Assembly (NCBI GenBank): GCA_964016885.1
Contig: OZ024749.1
Span: forward strand, 2,790,001 to 2,854,000
Length of the DNA stretch: 64,000 bases
Origin: Eledone cirrhosa
Taxonomy: Eukaryota
Reading direction: 5' to 3'
In this document: positions 45,201-60,454 of the stretch, piece by piece
Position numbering within the stretch: position 1 is the first letter of the stretch
How the letters are laid out: each line of letters starts with the position of its first letter
Notes under the pieces: generated by a model
Databases searched by the model: none
What the model saw: the letters and a program-made list of their open reading frames with translations, nothing else
Told to the model about the DNA's origin: nothing
Made by a program: the position numbers and the translations under genes

Positions 45201-48200
45201 AATTCAGCTGTTCAGTTTGTTTACAAACGAACAAAGCGACGTTATAATAAGCGCCGCTAAACTGATACGTGCATATATGTATGTGTACCTGTATGCATAT
45301 GTATGTATATATGTATATATATATATATATGTGCATGCTACTGTACGTCTGTATACATATATGTATGTACGTATACATGCATACTTACATTTAAGTAAGT
45401 GCCATACTAAGAGTGAGAAATGAAATTTCGTTTTCATTTTGTTTCAATTTATCGTTTTCGGTATGCCTGACCGATTTAACTCACTCAATATGCAAATTAG
45501 GCTGCTCAGCCTTAATTTTCATAAGGGAAGTATATACTTTCGAACGTTCAACTATCTGGCAGATGGGTAAACGGTGCTGATGATAGCTAACAAGCTTGAA
45601 ACTAGTACATCGTTCCTGTGTCAGTGTTGAACAAAAAGGTGACGTGGTTGCCTTAACACCGTATGGCATAAATTCAGGCTGTTCAGTTTGTTTACAAACG
45701 AACAAAGCGACGTTATAATAAGCGCCGCTAAACTGATACGTGCATATATGTATGTGTACCTGTATGCATATGTATGTATATATGTATATATATATATATA
45801 TGTGCATGCTACTGTACGTCTGTATACATATATGTATGTATGTATACATGCATACTTACATTTAAGTAAGTGCCATACTAAGAGTGAGAAATGAAATTTC
45901 GTTTTCATTTTGTTTCAATTTATCGTTTTCGGTATGCCTGACCGATTTAACTCACTCAATATGCAAATTAGGCTGCTCAGCCTTAATTTTCATAAGGGAA
46001 GTATATACTTTCGAACGTTCAACTATCTGGCAGATGGGTAAACCGTGCTGATGATAGCTAACAAGCTTGAAACTAGTACATCGTTCCTGTGTCAGTGTTG
46101 AACAAAAAGGTGACGTGGTTGCCTTAACACCGTATGGCATAAATTCAGGCTGTTCAGTTTGTTTACAAACGAACAAAGCGACGTTATAATAAGCGCCGCT
46201 AAACTGATACGTGCATATATGTATGTGTACCTGTATGCATATGTATGTATATATGTATATATATATATATATGTGCATGCTACTGTACGTCTGTATACAT
46301 ATATGTATGTACGTATACATGCATACTTACATTTAAGTAAGTGCCATACTAAGAGTGAGAAATGAAATTTCGTTTTCATTTTGTTTCAATTTATCGTTTT
46401 CGGTATGCCTGACCGATTTAACTCACTCAATATGCAAATTAGGCTGCTCAGCCTTAATTTTCATAAGGGAAGTATATACTTTCGAACGTTCAACTATCTG
46501 GCAGATGGGTAAACGGTGCTGATGATAGCTAACAAGCTTGAAACTAGTACATCGTTCCTGTGTCAGTGTTGAACAAAAAGGTGACGTGGTTGCCTTAACA
46601 CCGTATGGCATAAATTCAGGCTGTTCAGTTTGTTTACAAACGAACAAAGCGACGTTATAATAAGCGCCGCTAAACTGATACGTGCATATATGTATGTGTA
46701 CCTGTATGCATATGTATGTATATATGTATATATATATATATATGTGCATGCTACTGTACGTCTGTATACATATATGTATGTACGTATACATGCATACTTA
46801 CATTTAAGTAAGTGCCATACTAAGAGTGAGAAATGAAATTTCGTTTTCATTTTGTTTCAATTTATCGTTTTCGGTATGCCTGACCGATTTAACTCACTCA
46901 ATATGCAAATTAGGCTGCTCAGCCTTAATTTTCATAAGGGAAGTATATACTTTCGAACGTTCAACTATCTGGCAGATGGGTAAACGGTGCTGATGATAGC
47001 TAACAAGCTTGAAACTAGTACATCGTTCCTGTGTCAGTGTTGAACAAAAAGGTGACGTGGTTGCCTTAACACCGTATGGCATAAATTCAGGCTGTTCAGT
47101 TTGTTTACAAACGAACAAAGCGACGTTATAATAAGCGCCGCTAAACTGATACGTGCATATATGTATGTGTACCTGTATGCATATGTATGTATATATGTAT
47201 ATATATATATATATGTGCATGCTACTGTACGTCTGTATACATATATGTATGTACGTATACATGCATACTTACATTTAAGTAAGTGCCATACTAAGAGTGA
47301 GAAATGAAATTTCGTTTTCATTTTGTTTCAATTTATCGTTTTCGGTATGCCTGACCGATTTAACTCACTCAATATGCAAATTAGGCTGCTCAGCCTTAAT
47401 TTTCATAAGGGAAGTATGTACTTTCGAACGTTCAACTATCTGGCAGATGGGTAAACGGTGCTGATGATAGCTAACAAGCTTGAAACTAGTACATCGTTCC
47501 TGTGTCAGTGTTGAACAAAAAGGTGACGTGGTTGCCTTAACACCGTATGGCATAAATTCAGGCGGTTCAGTTTGTTTACAAACGAACAAAGCGACGTTAT
47601 AATAAGCGCCGCTAAACTGATACGTGCATATATGTATGTGTACCTGTATGCATATGTATGTATATATGTATATATATATATATATGTGCATGCTACTGTA
47701 CGTCTGTATACATATATGTATGTACGTATACATGCATACTTACATTTAAGTAAGTGCCATACTAAGAGTGAGAAATGAAATTTCGTTTTCATTTTGTTTC
47801 AATTTATCGTTTTCGGTATGCCTGACCGATTTAACTCACTCAATATGCAAATTAGGCTGCTCAGCCTTAATTTTCATAAGTGAAGTATATACTTTCGAAC
47901 GTTCAACTATCTGGCAGATGGGTAAACGGTGCTGATGATAGCTAACAAGCTTGAAACTAGTACATCGTTCCTGTGTCAGTGTTGAACAAAAAGGTGACGT
48001 GGTTGCCTTAACACCGTATGGCATAAATTCAGGCTGTTCAGTTTGTTTACAAACGAACAAAGCGACGTTATAATAAGCGCCGCTAAACTGATACGTGCAT
48101 ATATGTATGTGTACCTGTATGCATATGTATGTATATATGTATATATATATATATATGTGCATGCTACTGTACGTCTGTATACATATATGTATGTACGTAT

Positions 48201-48212
48201 ACATGCATACTT
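42246..48212 (+). repeat. Tandem array of 12 ~471-bp units, each with a hammerhead ribozyme, led by an inverted partial unit (42246-42475)
   Basis: Near-identical units with spacings 471,473,471,471,471,470,471,471,471,471,471 (matching ORF ends at 42654...47836). Unit boundary follows ...CATTTTGTTTCA (42619, 43090). Both flanks are (TA/TATG)n. Confidence 0.97.
42743..42787 (+). ncRNA. Type I hammerhead ribozyme, first of 12 copies (CTGATGA at 42750, 43221, 43694, 44165, 44636, 45107, 45577, 46048, 46519, 46990, 47461, 47932)
   Basis: AACGGTG-CTGATGA-tAGCtaacaaGCTt-GAAAC-TA-GTA-CATCGTT. Stem I is 7 bp with one G-U; cores CUGAUGA and GAAA are intact; GUA cleavage triplet at 42778-42780; stem III is the palindrome ACUAGU. 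The pair closing stem II is a non-canonical U-U. Confidence 0.85.
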
Positions 48213-48297
48213 ATATATATATGTATTTATATATATGTATATATATGTATATATATGTATATATATATATATGTGTGTATATATATATATATATTTG

Positions 48298-48339
<42 letters not shown>

Positions 48340-48925
48340 TATATGTGTATATATATATATATATATGTGTATATATGTATATATATATGTATATATATGT
48401 ATATATATATGTATATATATGTATATATATATGTATATATATATGTATATATGTATATATGTATATATATATGTATATATGTATATATATATATGTATAT
48501 ATGTATGTATGTATATATGTATATATATGTATGTATGTATATATGTGTATATATGTATATATATGCATGTATGTATATATGTATATATATGTATATGTTC
48601 GTATATATATATATATATGTATATATATGTATGTATATATATATATGTATATATATGTATATATATATATATGTTTATATAAATGTATATATATATGTAT
48701 ATATATATGTTTATATATATGTTTATATATATGTATATATATATGTATATATATATGTATATATATATGTATATATACATGTATATATATATGCATATAT
48801 ACATGTATATATATATGTATATGTATATATATATGTATATATATATATGTATATATATATATGTATATATATACATATATATATGTATATATATATATGT
48901 ATATATATATATGTGTATATATATG

Positions 48926-48956
<31 letters not shown>

Positions 48957-49283
48957 CTATATATATATATGTATATATATATATGTATATATATATGTAT
49001 ATATATATATCTATATATATATATCTGTATATATATATGTATATGTATATATATATGTATATATATATGTATATATATATATGTATATATATATCTATAT
49101 ATATATATCTGTATATATATATGTATATGTATATGTATATGTATATATATATGTATATATATATGTATATATATGTATATATATATGTATATATATATGT
49201 ATATATATATGTATATATATATGTATATATATATGTATATATATATGTATATATATATGTATATATATATGCATATATATATG

Positions 49284-49320
<37 letters not shown>

Positions 49321-49328
49321 GTATATAT

Positions 49329-52300
49329 CTAAGGCGGGTAAAATTCCCGAGATCCATGGACGAGTTCTCTCCAGCGGTCTCTGTCCCTCATTATCGCTGC
49401 CATATCCTGCATCTCCAACAGACCAGTGTCTGTCATTAGGGCATCAACATATGTTAACCTTGGTCTTCCTCTTCTAGTGTGTTCATGTAGGGGCTCCCAA
49501 AGGAGCACTGAGTGCAATGTCAACTCTGGATGTCGGTGAGCATGTCCAGCCAACCTCAGTCTCCTCTGTGTCACTTTTGAGCTGACTTTTGGGATGCTCC
49601 CATACAGCTCTGAGTTTTTCATCCTCAGTGTATACTGATTAATGTTCAGAGCCATCCTCAGCATTCTCGTGTAGCACCCATCCACCATCTGAGTGAGTCT
49701 CTTGGTCAGTGTCCAAATCTCAGACCCATACAGCAGCACAGACTCCACTACAGCAATGAAGAGGCAGATGTTCAGGTCTCTACGAAGGTCCGACTTCCAC
49801 ACCGATCTCAAGCTGTGACACGCCGCCCAGGCCTTGCTCTTCCTCTCAACCACATCATCTTCCGTATTCCCAATCTTTGCTCCCAAATATAGGAAGTCCT
49901 CAACCAATTCCAGCGGCTTCCCGCCTACATTAGTGATCCCCTCTGGCTTCTCAACATTCTCTACCAGATATTTTGTTTTAGTCTCATTCATTCTCAGCCC
50001 CACACTCATTGACACAGTCTCAACCTCCCGCATCAAATCCTCTGCCTCCTTCACTGTATTTGTCACCAAAACTATGTCGTCGGCAAATTCAGCATCCGAT
50101 ACCTTTTTCGCCCCAACTCTCCTGCTCTGAGCCGGTGCTACAGTAAAGCCAGTGTCCTGGTGTTTCTCAAGTGCAAGGCGCATACAATAGTCCACTACGA
50201 TGATAAAAAGTTAGGGAGCCAATGTATCTCCCTGGAGCACTCCAGCCAGTATCTCAAAGAACTCTGTCATCCCATCAGGTGTAATGACTTGGGTGTTGGT
50301 GTAGAGCAGTGATATCTGGTCCACTATCCTCTTGGGGATTCCATAAGCCTGTAAGATCTTCATCAGGCAGTAACGGTCCACAGAATCAAAGGCCTTCCTA
50401 AAGTCAATGAAAACCATGACTGCAGGAAGGCACTTTGCTCTAGCTCCCTCTAATATCCTCCTCAGCATCAGGATGTGACTGGTGGTTGATCTAGCCTCTC
50501 TGAAGCCGTTCTGGTTGTCCCTGAGCTTCTTCTCCATCTCAGGCTGGATCCTGTTAAGAATCATCCTGTTGAGGGTCTTTGCCACAAGTGACGTCAGTGA
50601 GATCCCCCGGTAGTTGTTGGTGTTAGAGAGATCTCCCTTCTTTGGCCCTGGGACGATGTTACTGATCCGCCACTGATTCGGGGCAACTCCTTTCTCCGGT
50701 GCCCCGTTACAGAACCCCAGGATGATATCATCAAAATCACACCTCTTCATCACCTCTGATGCCACTCCATCTTCTCCATGAGCCTTGCCCTCCTTGATCT
50801 TCTTCTTGGCTCTCTGAAGCTCCTCTCTGGTGAAGGGCTCTGTCTCAACATCCAGTACCTCAAACAGCCGCCTGATCTCCCCAGTGCTCTGGGCTGTGGA
50901 GGGTGGCTCTCCTAGTAGGGTCCTAAAATGGTCTAGCCATTTCCTCTTCCTATCCTCGGGCCCCGTTCCCTGGATTTGACTCGAACACCTTTTCTTCCTC
51001 CCTGTGATCTCGTTGATGATCATCCAGCTCTCCTTACATCCAGATCTGTCAACCGCTCTCTCCACACTTCTGATCTTCTCTATCAGTGCCTCCTCTCTGA
51101 CCTCAGTGTAAGCGGTACAGAGCTCTTCCCTCATCACCTCCACAGTCTCCATCCTCTCCTCCGTAGGATCAGCATAGAATTGGTCCCTGGCAGCTTTCAG
51201 GTGTTCTCTGGCTGCACACACTTTTGGGTTTGCAGAGCTGACGTGCTTCCCTTTGTTCTTTTTCCTCGGCACCAGGGTTTCACTTGCTTCCGCCACTGCA
51301 TTGGTGAAGTGCCCGTACCTCCTTGTCACACTCTCCTCAGTCCATCCAATCTCTCTCTCCTCTGACTCTCCACACAGAGCACTAAACCTGTTTCTCACTT
51401 CCACTGTGAACCTCTCCTGTAGCTTATCATCTTCCTTGAAAGCTCCCCAGTCATAGATTGTTCTCCGGGGCTGAGCCTTGCTCTTTCTTAAGCTCACGCG
51501 GACCTCACTCATAACAAGCCGGTGGTCACTACCCAGTGTACTGAAATAGCTGTATGGTTCCGTGTTCAGAATACTATTCCGCCACTTTTTCCTCACCAGA
51601 ATGAAATCAATCTGGGACTTGGACAGGTGCATATCTGAGATGTAGGTCCACATCTTCCCCAGATTCTTCCTAAACCCTAGGTTGGTCGCCATCAAGTTCG
51701 CCTCCAGCAGGGTGTCTCTCAGTAGTCTTCCATTTCGGTTGGTGTTGTTATGGAAGTACCAGCAAGGATCTTCACTGCCCTCCTTACTCAGATGTGCATT
51801 GAAGTCCCCCAAAACAAGCAGGATATTGTGTGCCTGAGTGGTGTTGACAGCTCTACACACCTCCTCATGGAACTCCTCGGCATTCACATCACCGTCCCTC
51901 TCGGTTGGACTATAGGCTGAGATGACTGTCAGTCTTGGGTTTCCATTGAAGGTCACCCTCAACACTCGCGGGGAGATAGGCATTATTTCCCTCACCAACA
52001 GATTGGTTTTTGCACTGAACACAAAACCCACTCCTCCCACTGCAGCATTTGTTGTGTTCTTCACTGCCGATGTAGTGATGAGCTGGCTCTTCCTCCCGAT
52101 CATCACACTCCTCACGGGCTCATCGTGTAGAATCCTGTGTTCTTGGATCGCAAGTATCTGTATACCACTCTCCTCGAACAGATGTCCCAACTCCTCTCTC
52201 TTCTCCAGCGTTCGAATAGTCCTCACATTCAAAGTGCCCATTTTGATGGCTCTTCTGCAAGACAAAACTGCATTCTTTATATTTGTCTCAGAGACAGCTG

Positions 52301-52630
52301 ATCCATCATCCACTGGCCCTCTCTGTGGCTCTAAGCCAGCAGAGTCATAACGACCAGGCTGCTCCTTGACAGCGTAATTAGGGGCTCTAACCCTAGTGCT
52401 GTTAGATCGACTCTCCATATTTCTTTTCAATGGCTGACAATACCTTACCGGCGCCACTCGAATAAGGTAGTTATTTAACCCATAAATGGAGCCCTAACAG
52501 GTACTACCACCCCGGGCCAGGGCAGACCTGGGAGTCATGACAACTAAGGGGTAACTCCACATTCCCCACATCTCCTGAACTCCCGAACTGGAGCCTTGCC
52601 ACTGGATGTAGTTTAATGTCATACCCAGGA
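49329..52630 (-). mobile_element. RTE-superfamily LINE (APE endonuclease + RT), near full length, with one in-frame stop
   Basis: ORF 50211-52457 has TLNVRT, IQEH, LGDFNAH, SDH, YRGISL, QNGFR, FIDFRKAFDS and GVLQGDTLAP*. It continues in the same frame as LFIIVVDY...FADD...YLG...LYGSE...GRP to TAG at 49329. About 170 bp of 5' UTR is present. Confidence 0.95.
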
Positions 52631-52891
52631 CATATATGTATATATATATGTATATATATATGTATATATATATGTATATATATATGTATATATATATATG
52701 TATATATATGTATATGTATATATATGTATATATATATGTATATATGTATATATATATGTATATATGTATATATATGTATATGTATATATATGTATATATA
52801 TATGTATATATGTATATATATGTATATGTATATATATGTATATATATATGTATATATATATGTATATATATATGTATATATCTCTATCTAT

Positions 52892-53211
52892 CTAAGGCGG
52901 GTAAAATTCCCGAGATCCATGGACGAGTTCTCCCCAGCGGTTTCTGTCCCTGATTATCGCTGCCATATCCTGCATCTCCAACAGACCAGTGTCTGTCCTT
53001 AGGGCATCAACATATGTTAACCTTGGTCTTCCTCTTCTAGTGTGTCCATGTAGGGGCTCCCAAAGGAGCACTGAGTGCAATGTCAACTCTGGATGTCGGT
53101 GAGCATGTCCAGCTAACCTCAGTCTCCTCTGTGTCACTTTTGAGCTGACATTTGGGAGGCTGCCATACAGCTCTGAGTTTTTCATCCTCAGTGTATACTG
53201 ATTAATGTTCA
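52892..53211 (-). mobile_element. 3' fragment of the same RTE family
   Basis: Near-identical to 49329-49647 (...RRLRLAGHAHRHP...SREFYPP*), flanked by (TA)n. Confidence 0.95.
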
Positions 53212-53554
53212 TATATATATGTATATATATATGTATATATATATATATATGCATATATTAATGTATATATATGTATATATATATGTATATATATATGTAT
53301 ATATATGTATATATGTATATATATATGTATATATTTATATATATATATATGTATATATATATGTATATATATATGTATATATATATGTATATATATATGT
53401 ATATATATATGTGTATATATATATGTATATATATATGTGTATATATATATGTATATATATATGTGTATATATATATGTGTATATACATATGTATATACAT
53501 ATGTATATATATATGTATATATATATGTATATATATATGTATATATATATGTAT

Positions 53555-53616
<62 letters not shown>

Positions 53617-53663
53617 GTATATATATATATATGTATATATATATGTATATATATATGTATATA

Positions 53664-53716
<53 letters not shown>

Positions 53717-53723
53717 GTATATA

Positions 53724-53785
<62 letters not shown>

Positions 53786-54005
53786 TATATATAAGTAAAA
53801 CACATTAAATAAAAGAGTTAGAAATAGCATAAAACCAAATAATTTCTTAGATTAAATAGGATTAAAACTGTGAGAAAATAGTCACAGCAAGATATGGAAA
53901 ATGTTCACGATTTCAATAGGCCCAACACTAATATACGAATCTCTTCTCTCAGTCAGAATTTAAAACAATTTCCGACTCAATCAGTTGTAATTTTTTACAT
54001 ATAAG

Positions 54006-54058
<53 letters not shown>

Positions 54059-54084
54059 TTAGTTTCTTAATTTTTTTATCAAGA

Positions 54085-54647
<563 letters not shown>

Positions 54648-54648
54648 G

Positions 54649-54699
<51 letters not shown>

Positions 54700-54700
54700 G

Positions 54701-54738
<38 letters not shown>

Positions 54739-54783
54739 TATATGTGTATATATATGTATGTATATATATATGTATGTATATAT

Positions 54784-54873
<90 letters not shown>

Positions 54874-54974
54874 ATGTATGTATATATATATATATATGTA
54901 TGTATATATATATATATATATATGTATGTATATGTATGTATATATATATATATATATATGTATGTATATGTATG

Positions 54975-55005
<31 letters not shown>

Positions 55006-55057
55006 ATGTATATATATATATATATATGTATGTATATGTATGTATATATATATATAG

Positions 55058-55088
<31 letters not shown>

Positions 55089-55093
55089 TATAG

Positions 55094-55124
<31 letters not shown>

Positions 55125-55135
55125 TATATATATAG

Positions 55136-55166
<31 letters not shown>

Positions 55167-55250
55167 TATATAGATGTATGTATATATATATGTATGTATA
55201 TATATATATGTATATATATATGTATGTATATATGTGTATGTATATATATG

Positions 55251-55335
<85 letters not shown>

Positions 55336-55336
55336 G

Positions 55337-55377
<41 letters not shown>

Positions 55378-55437
55378 GTATGTATATATATATATATATA
55401 TATATGTACATATATATATATGTATGTATATGTATAA

Positions 55438-57492
55438 AATAACTTTGAATAACTTTGAAATGTTTTGGCCAGTATTGGCCCAGGCCATGTCTAACTTAAT
55501 AGCACCACCTGGCGAAGTCTTTCAATTCAGGATTTGGGCACCATGGCCCATTCGAGAAGAGAATTACTGATTGCGGAGACATATCCGGGTGTGTGTGGTT
55601 TGTCCGGGATTACTTGGAGGAATTTGTCCAAAGACTTCTTGAATTTTGTGTGGTCAGTTTCTGTTTTGACGTGTCCTGGTGTGATGTTGAAGAGAGCAGG
55701 GCCGATTGAGGTGAAATAATTGTGCCGTATTGTTGTTATGAGTTGCGATTTAGATTTTTGAATGGGACGGATAGCACGGGGCCCAAGCCTTGGGTGTATC
55801 TTGAAGGCGATGCCAACATCATTTGGGCAGTGATGATGGAACATTTTCCACATCATGCAGATAATATAACGCTCACGGCGACGTTGGAGTGAGTAAAGTT
55901 TCAGGTTTTCTAATCGACCCCAGTAGTCAAGGTCTGACATGCCATCTATCTTTTTCGTGATTGCCCTTTGAGGAGCTTCAAGTTTCATGATACTTTGTTT
56001 CGTGTGGGGAGACCACAGTGGACAACAGTATTCAAGGTGTGGTCGGGCGAAAGTAGAGAAGAGAAGGATAATGGTGCGGGAATCTCTCGACTGGAAGGTT
56101 CTGAGGATCCAGGAACACATTCTGCGGGCCATGTCAACTTTGCTGCTTATATGCGTGGTCCAGCTTATATTGCTGTCCACGGTTACTCCCAAGTCTCTGA
56201 TGTTGTTAGATGCCACGAGAGTTTCCCCGAAGGTAAGGTAGTACGGGAGTTTCAGAGCATCCTCTTTTCCAAAGTGGATCAGTTCGAATTTGTCTTCGTT
56301 CAGTAACATGTTGTTCTTTTCTGCCCATTGGGTAACAGCCAGTAGGTCTGACTGAAGGCTTATCCGGTCATCCACGCCATTGATGACCTTTTGGAGCTTG
56401 GAATCATCAGCGAAAATTTTAATGTTGCTGTGTTTGATGATGTCAGTGATGTCATTAATATAGATGATGAAGAGAAGTGGGCCCAACACAGTGGCTTGTG
56501 GGACCCCACTACTGACTTTGGCTTGGCTTGATTTGACTCCCTCAACTACAGCATGTTGGGTTCTGTTTGACAGGAAGCTCTTGATCCACTGCAGCAGCTT
56601 TCCAGTGACACCAATATTGGACAGCTTTCTCAGTAGAATGTATGATCAACCCTGTCAAAGGCCTTGCTGAAATCAAGGTAGATAACATCAGTGTTGGAAC
56701 CCTCTCCCAAGGCTCTCAAAATGTCATCAAAGTGATGCAGTAGCTGCGTCAGGCAATCCCTTCCATTACGGAATCCATGCTGGTTGGAGTTCAGCATATT
56801 GTTACTCTCAAGGAAGTGGGTCATTCGCGATCTCACCACTCGCTCAAATACCTTAATGATATGAGAGGTGAGTGAGATTGGACGGTAATTCACGGCAAGG
56901 GATTTGTTTCCCTTTTTGAAAACTGGGACAACAGACTGGGATAGAAGGTTTTCTGGCACATATCCAGCATCCAGTGAGTTCCGCCACAGATTGGCAAGAG
57001 GAGATGCAAGTTGGTGTTGACACGCCTTCAAGACACAAGCAGGGAACCTATCGGGACCTACTGCTGAATTATGCTTGATTTCCTTTATTGCCGCCAAGAC
57101 ATCAGGGGCGCCAAACGTTATGTCCGATAAGGTGTAATGGGGAGTAACATCGCCGATACAGCCCAGATCGGCCATATCAGGATTGCTGAAAACAGAGCAG
57201 TATTGTTTCTGCAGTATCTCACCCATGGTTTTAGCATTGTCTTGAAGAGTGCCATTTTCATCAATTAGAGGGCCAACAGTAGAGCCAGTGATTTTGTGTT
57301 TTTTTGCAAATGAAAAGAACACTTTGGGATTGAGCTTGATCTTCTCAATGGCCCAGGCCTCTTCAGCTCTTCTCTGATTGTTGATGAGGGACATTATGTT
57401 GTTTTGGAGGTTATGTTTTTTAATCTCTAGTGATGAAATGGCAGTCAAGTTGATGTGTTGCTGCTGACAGTATTTCAGCTTGTTGATTTTTT
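55438..57492 (-). mobile_element. CR1-type LINE, 5'-truncated, RT frameshifted near 56640
   Basis: GPD, NYRPISLTS, QHGFR and YLDFSKAFDRVDH in ORF 56630-57448; LGPLLFIIYIND, IFADDSKL, RDLGV, RPHLEY and LYSLQRRRER in ORF 55527-56489. Short 3' UTR ends in (TTCAAAGTTA)2. Confidence 0.9.
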
Positions 57493-57499
57493 ATGTATG

Positions 57500-57541
<42 letters not shown>

Positions 57542-57576
57542 TATATATATATGTATGTATATGTATGTATGTATAT

Positions 57577-57645
<69 letters not shown>

Positions 57646-57663
57646 TGTATGTATATATATATG

Positions 57664-57771
<108 letters not shown>

Positions 57772-57888
57772 TACACATGTACATACATATACACATATAT
57801 ACACATCTCTCTCTCTTTATATATATATATATATATAAATGAAAAGTATAGAAATTGTTGTAGCGAGAAGCTAACAGTATTCCATAAC

Positions 57889-57951
<63 letters not shown>

Positions 57952-58467
57952 TATATATACATTCTTGTATATTAGATAATGCAATTCTATTATGCACCAA
58001 AAGACAAAGTGGTTAACGATGAAGAATAATAATAAAACTAGTCATTGGGGTCTGTCTCAGCAGCAAAAACAAAAATTCTAACAACAATAATTCCTACATC
58101 ATAGCTTAAATGTCATTACGGCAGCATATCTGTTCGTTCCTCTGATATATCTTGTGGTTGTTGTAGCTGTTTGTGTTAAGTCCTTTACTAAACCGTAATC
58201 ATGTAGACATAGATACAGCCAGTATTCTTACTATGAACTTCCAACCTATTATCTTGTTTGCAGTGAATCTAAGACAAATTGGAACATGTCCATTATATTT
58301 TGTATAGACCAAAGCAGAATCCTTTTCTTGACTAATTAAGGAAAGGTTGAACCTGAAAGTTTGTAAGCTCACATTTTGTACTAATTGACAAATCCGAATT
58401 ACGATCATATATATATTCATATTGATGAAAATGAACAAAAATCTTGAAGTTAATCAGCTATTATCAT

Positions 58468-59080
58468 CGGTGGATTGGCAGTATCGTTAGAGGGTCGGAC
58501 GCCATGCTTTCTAGCATAGTTACGTCCCTTTATGGCCTGAGCTCAAATCCCGCCGAGGCTAACTTTGACTTTCATCCTTACAGGGTCGATAAAATAAAGT
58601 ATCAGTCACGCACTGGAATCGATTTAATCGACTCTCCCCTCCCCCCAACATGTCTGGCCTTGTGCCTATATAAGAAAGCATTATTAGCATTATAACTGTG
58701 CAAAATCCTGCACCCACCACCTCTCCTTTTGGCCAGCTGCCCCTCTCTTCCGAGACGTAAAAGACCTTTTCAATTCTGGAATTTCAGACCCCTGTGATAA
58801 GGTCTAATTTAACCCTTTATCATTTACATTACGCTATATTTACTATTGTATTTTCATCTAAACACATATCTTTATATAATTATCTCATGGTGGATTGGCA
58901 GTATCGGTAGAGAGTCGGACGCCATGCTTTCCAGCATAGTTCCGTCCCTTTACGGTCTGAGTTCAAATCCCGCCGAGGTTCAATTTGCCTTTCATCCTTA
59001 CGGGGTCGATCAAATAAAGTACCAGTAATGTACTGGTGAAATTTGCTGGCCTTGTGCGAAAAAAGTAGAAACAATAATTA
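58468..59080 (+). mobile_element. Two SINE copies (58468-58685, 58888-59080)
   Basis: ggtggattggcagtatcg...gag(t/c)tcaaatcccgccgagg...ggccttgtgc. Confidence 0.9.
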
Positions 59081-59643
59081 TCTTGAGTATCAAATCTACG
59101 GGATTTTATATTATGTATTTTGAGAACAATAACTTAACGCCAGTATGAGCAGTTAGTTATGGCAGGTTCGAACGGAAAGAATGTGAGAGAATTCTTGCCG
59201 GATACAGCCGGTTTAAATGATAAAGATTTTAAGGGATATTTGAGTAACACGTTGCTGTCTCCCCCGCCCCCCACCACCACCTCCCGCCTCCCATCCCTCT
59301 CCTTCACAACCTTAGATCTCTTGCATAATTCATTGGTAAAATACAATTGTAAATCTATCTAACACTCATTATAACATAAACGACATTATTGTTTTTTGTT
59401 CGGAATATATTAGTCGTCTTGTTTGGAGTTCTGTTTGATTTTCAGCAGCAGTCATTGTTTGTTTTATTCTCTGCCACAGTCTTTTGATCTAAGTCCATTC
59501 AGAGAAATATCAAGCAACAGTTACATTATAACTAATGTATCGTCGCCATTACTAACTCTTTTCTTTCCTCTTTGATTTCTTCAATTCTATTTTCTTTCTA
59601 CCTTGTTCCTTTTTTCTCCACTATCTCTGATTATATCCTTCTC

Positions 59644-59755
<112 letters not shown>

Positions 59756-59839
59756 CATATATATGTATATATGTATATGTATGCGTGTGTGTATATATAT
59801 GTGTGTGTATATATATATGTGTGTGTATATATATATGTG

Positions 59840-59870
<31 letters not shown>

Positions 59871-60189
59871 ATATATATACATATATATACATACATATAT
59901 ATATATATACACATACCAATACATATATGTATATATATACCTATATATATGTATATATATACCTATATATATGTATATATATATACCTATATATATGTAT
60001 ATATATACACCTATATATGTATATATATATACACCTATATATGTATATATATATATACACACACACCAATATATATATATATATACACTTATATATCTAT
60101 CTATATATATATATATATATACACACACACTATATATATATATATATAAATGAACATATATAGGTGTATATATTTATAAACATATATAG

Positions 60190-60282
<93 letters not shown>

Positions 60283-60390
60283 TATATACATATATATATA
60301 CATATATATATATATACATATATACATATATATTTATATATATACATATATACATATATATTTATATATATACATATATACATATATATT

Positions 60391-60454
<64 letters not shown>

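Noticed and set aside
42654-48204. Repeated 122-, 95- and 68-aa ORFs in the array
   Set aside because: No domain motifs, partly microsatellite-derived, and frameshifted in the 473-bp and 470-bp units.
52458-52630. HDV-like ribozyme in the RTE 5' UTR
   Set aside because: Known for some RTEs, but I could not build the nested double pseudoknot by eye, and the 5' end may be truncated.
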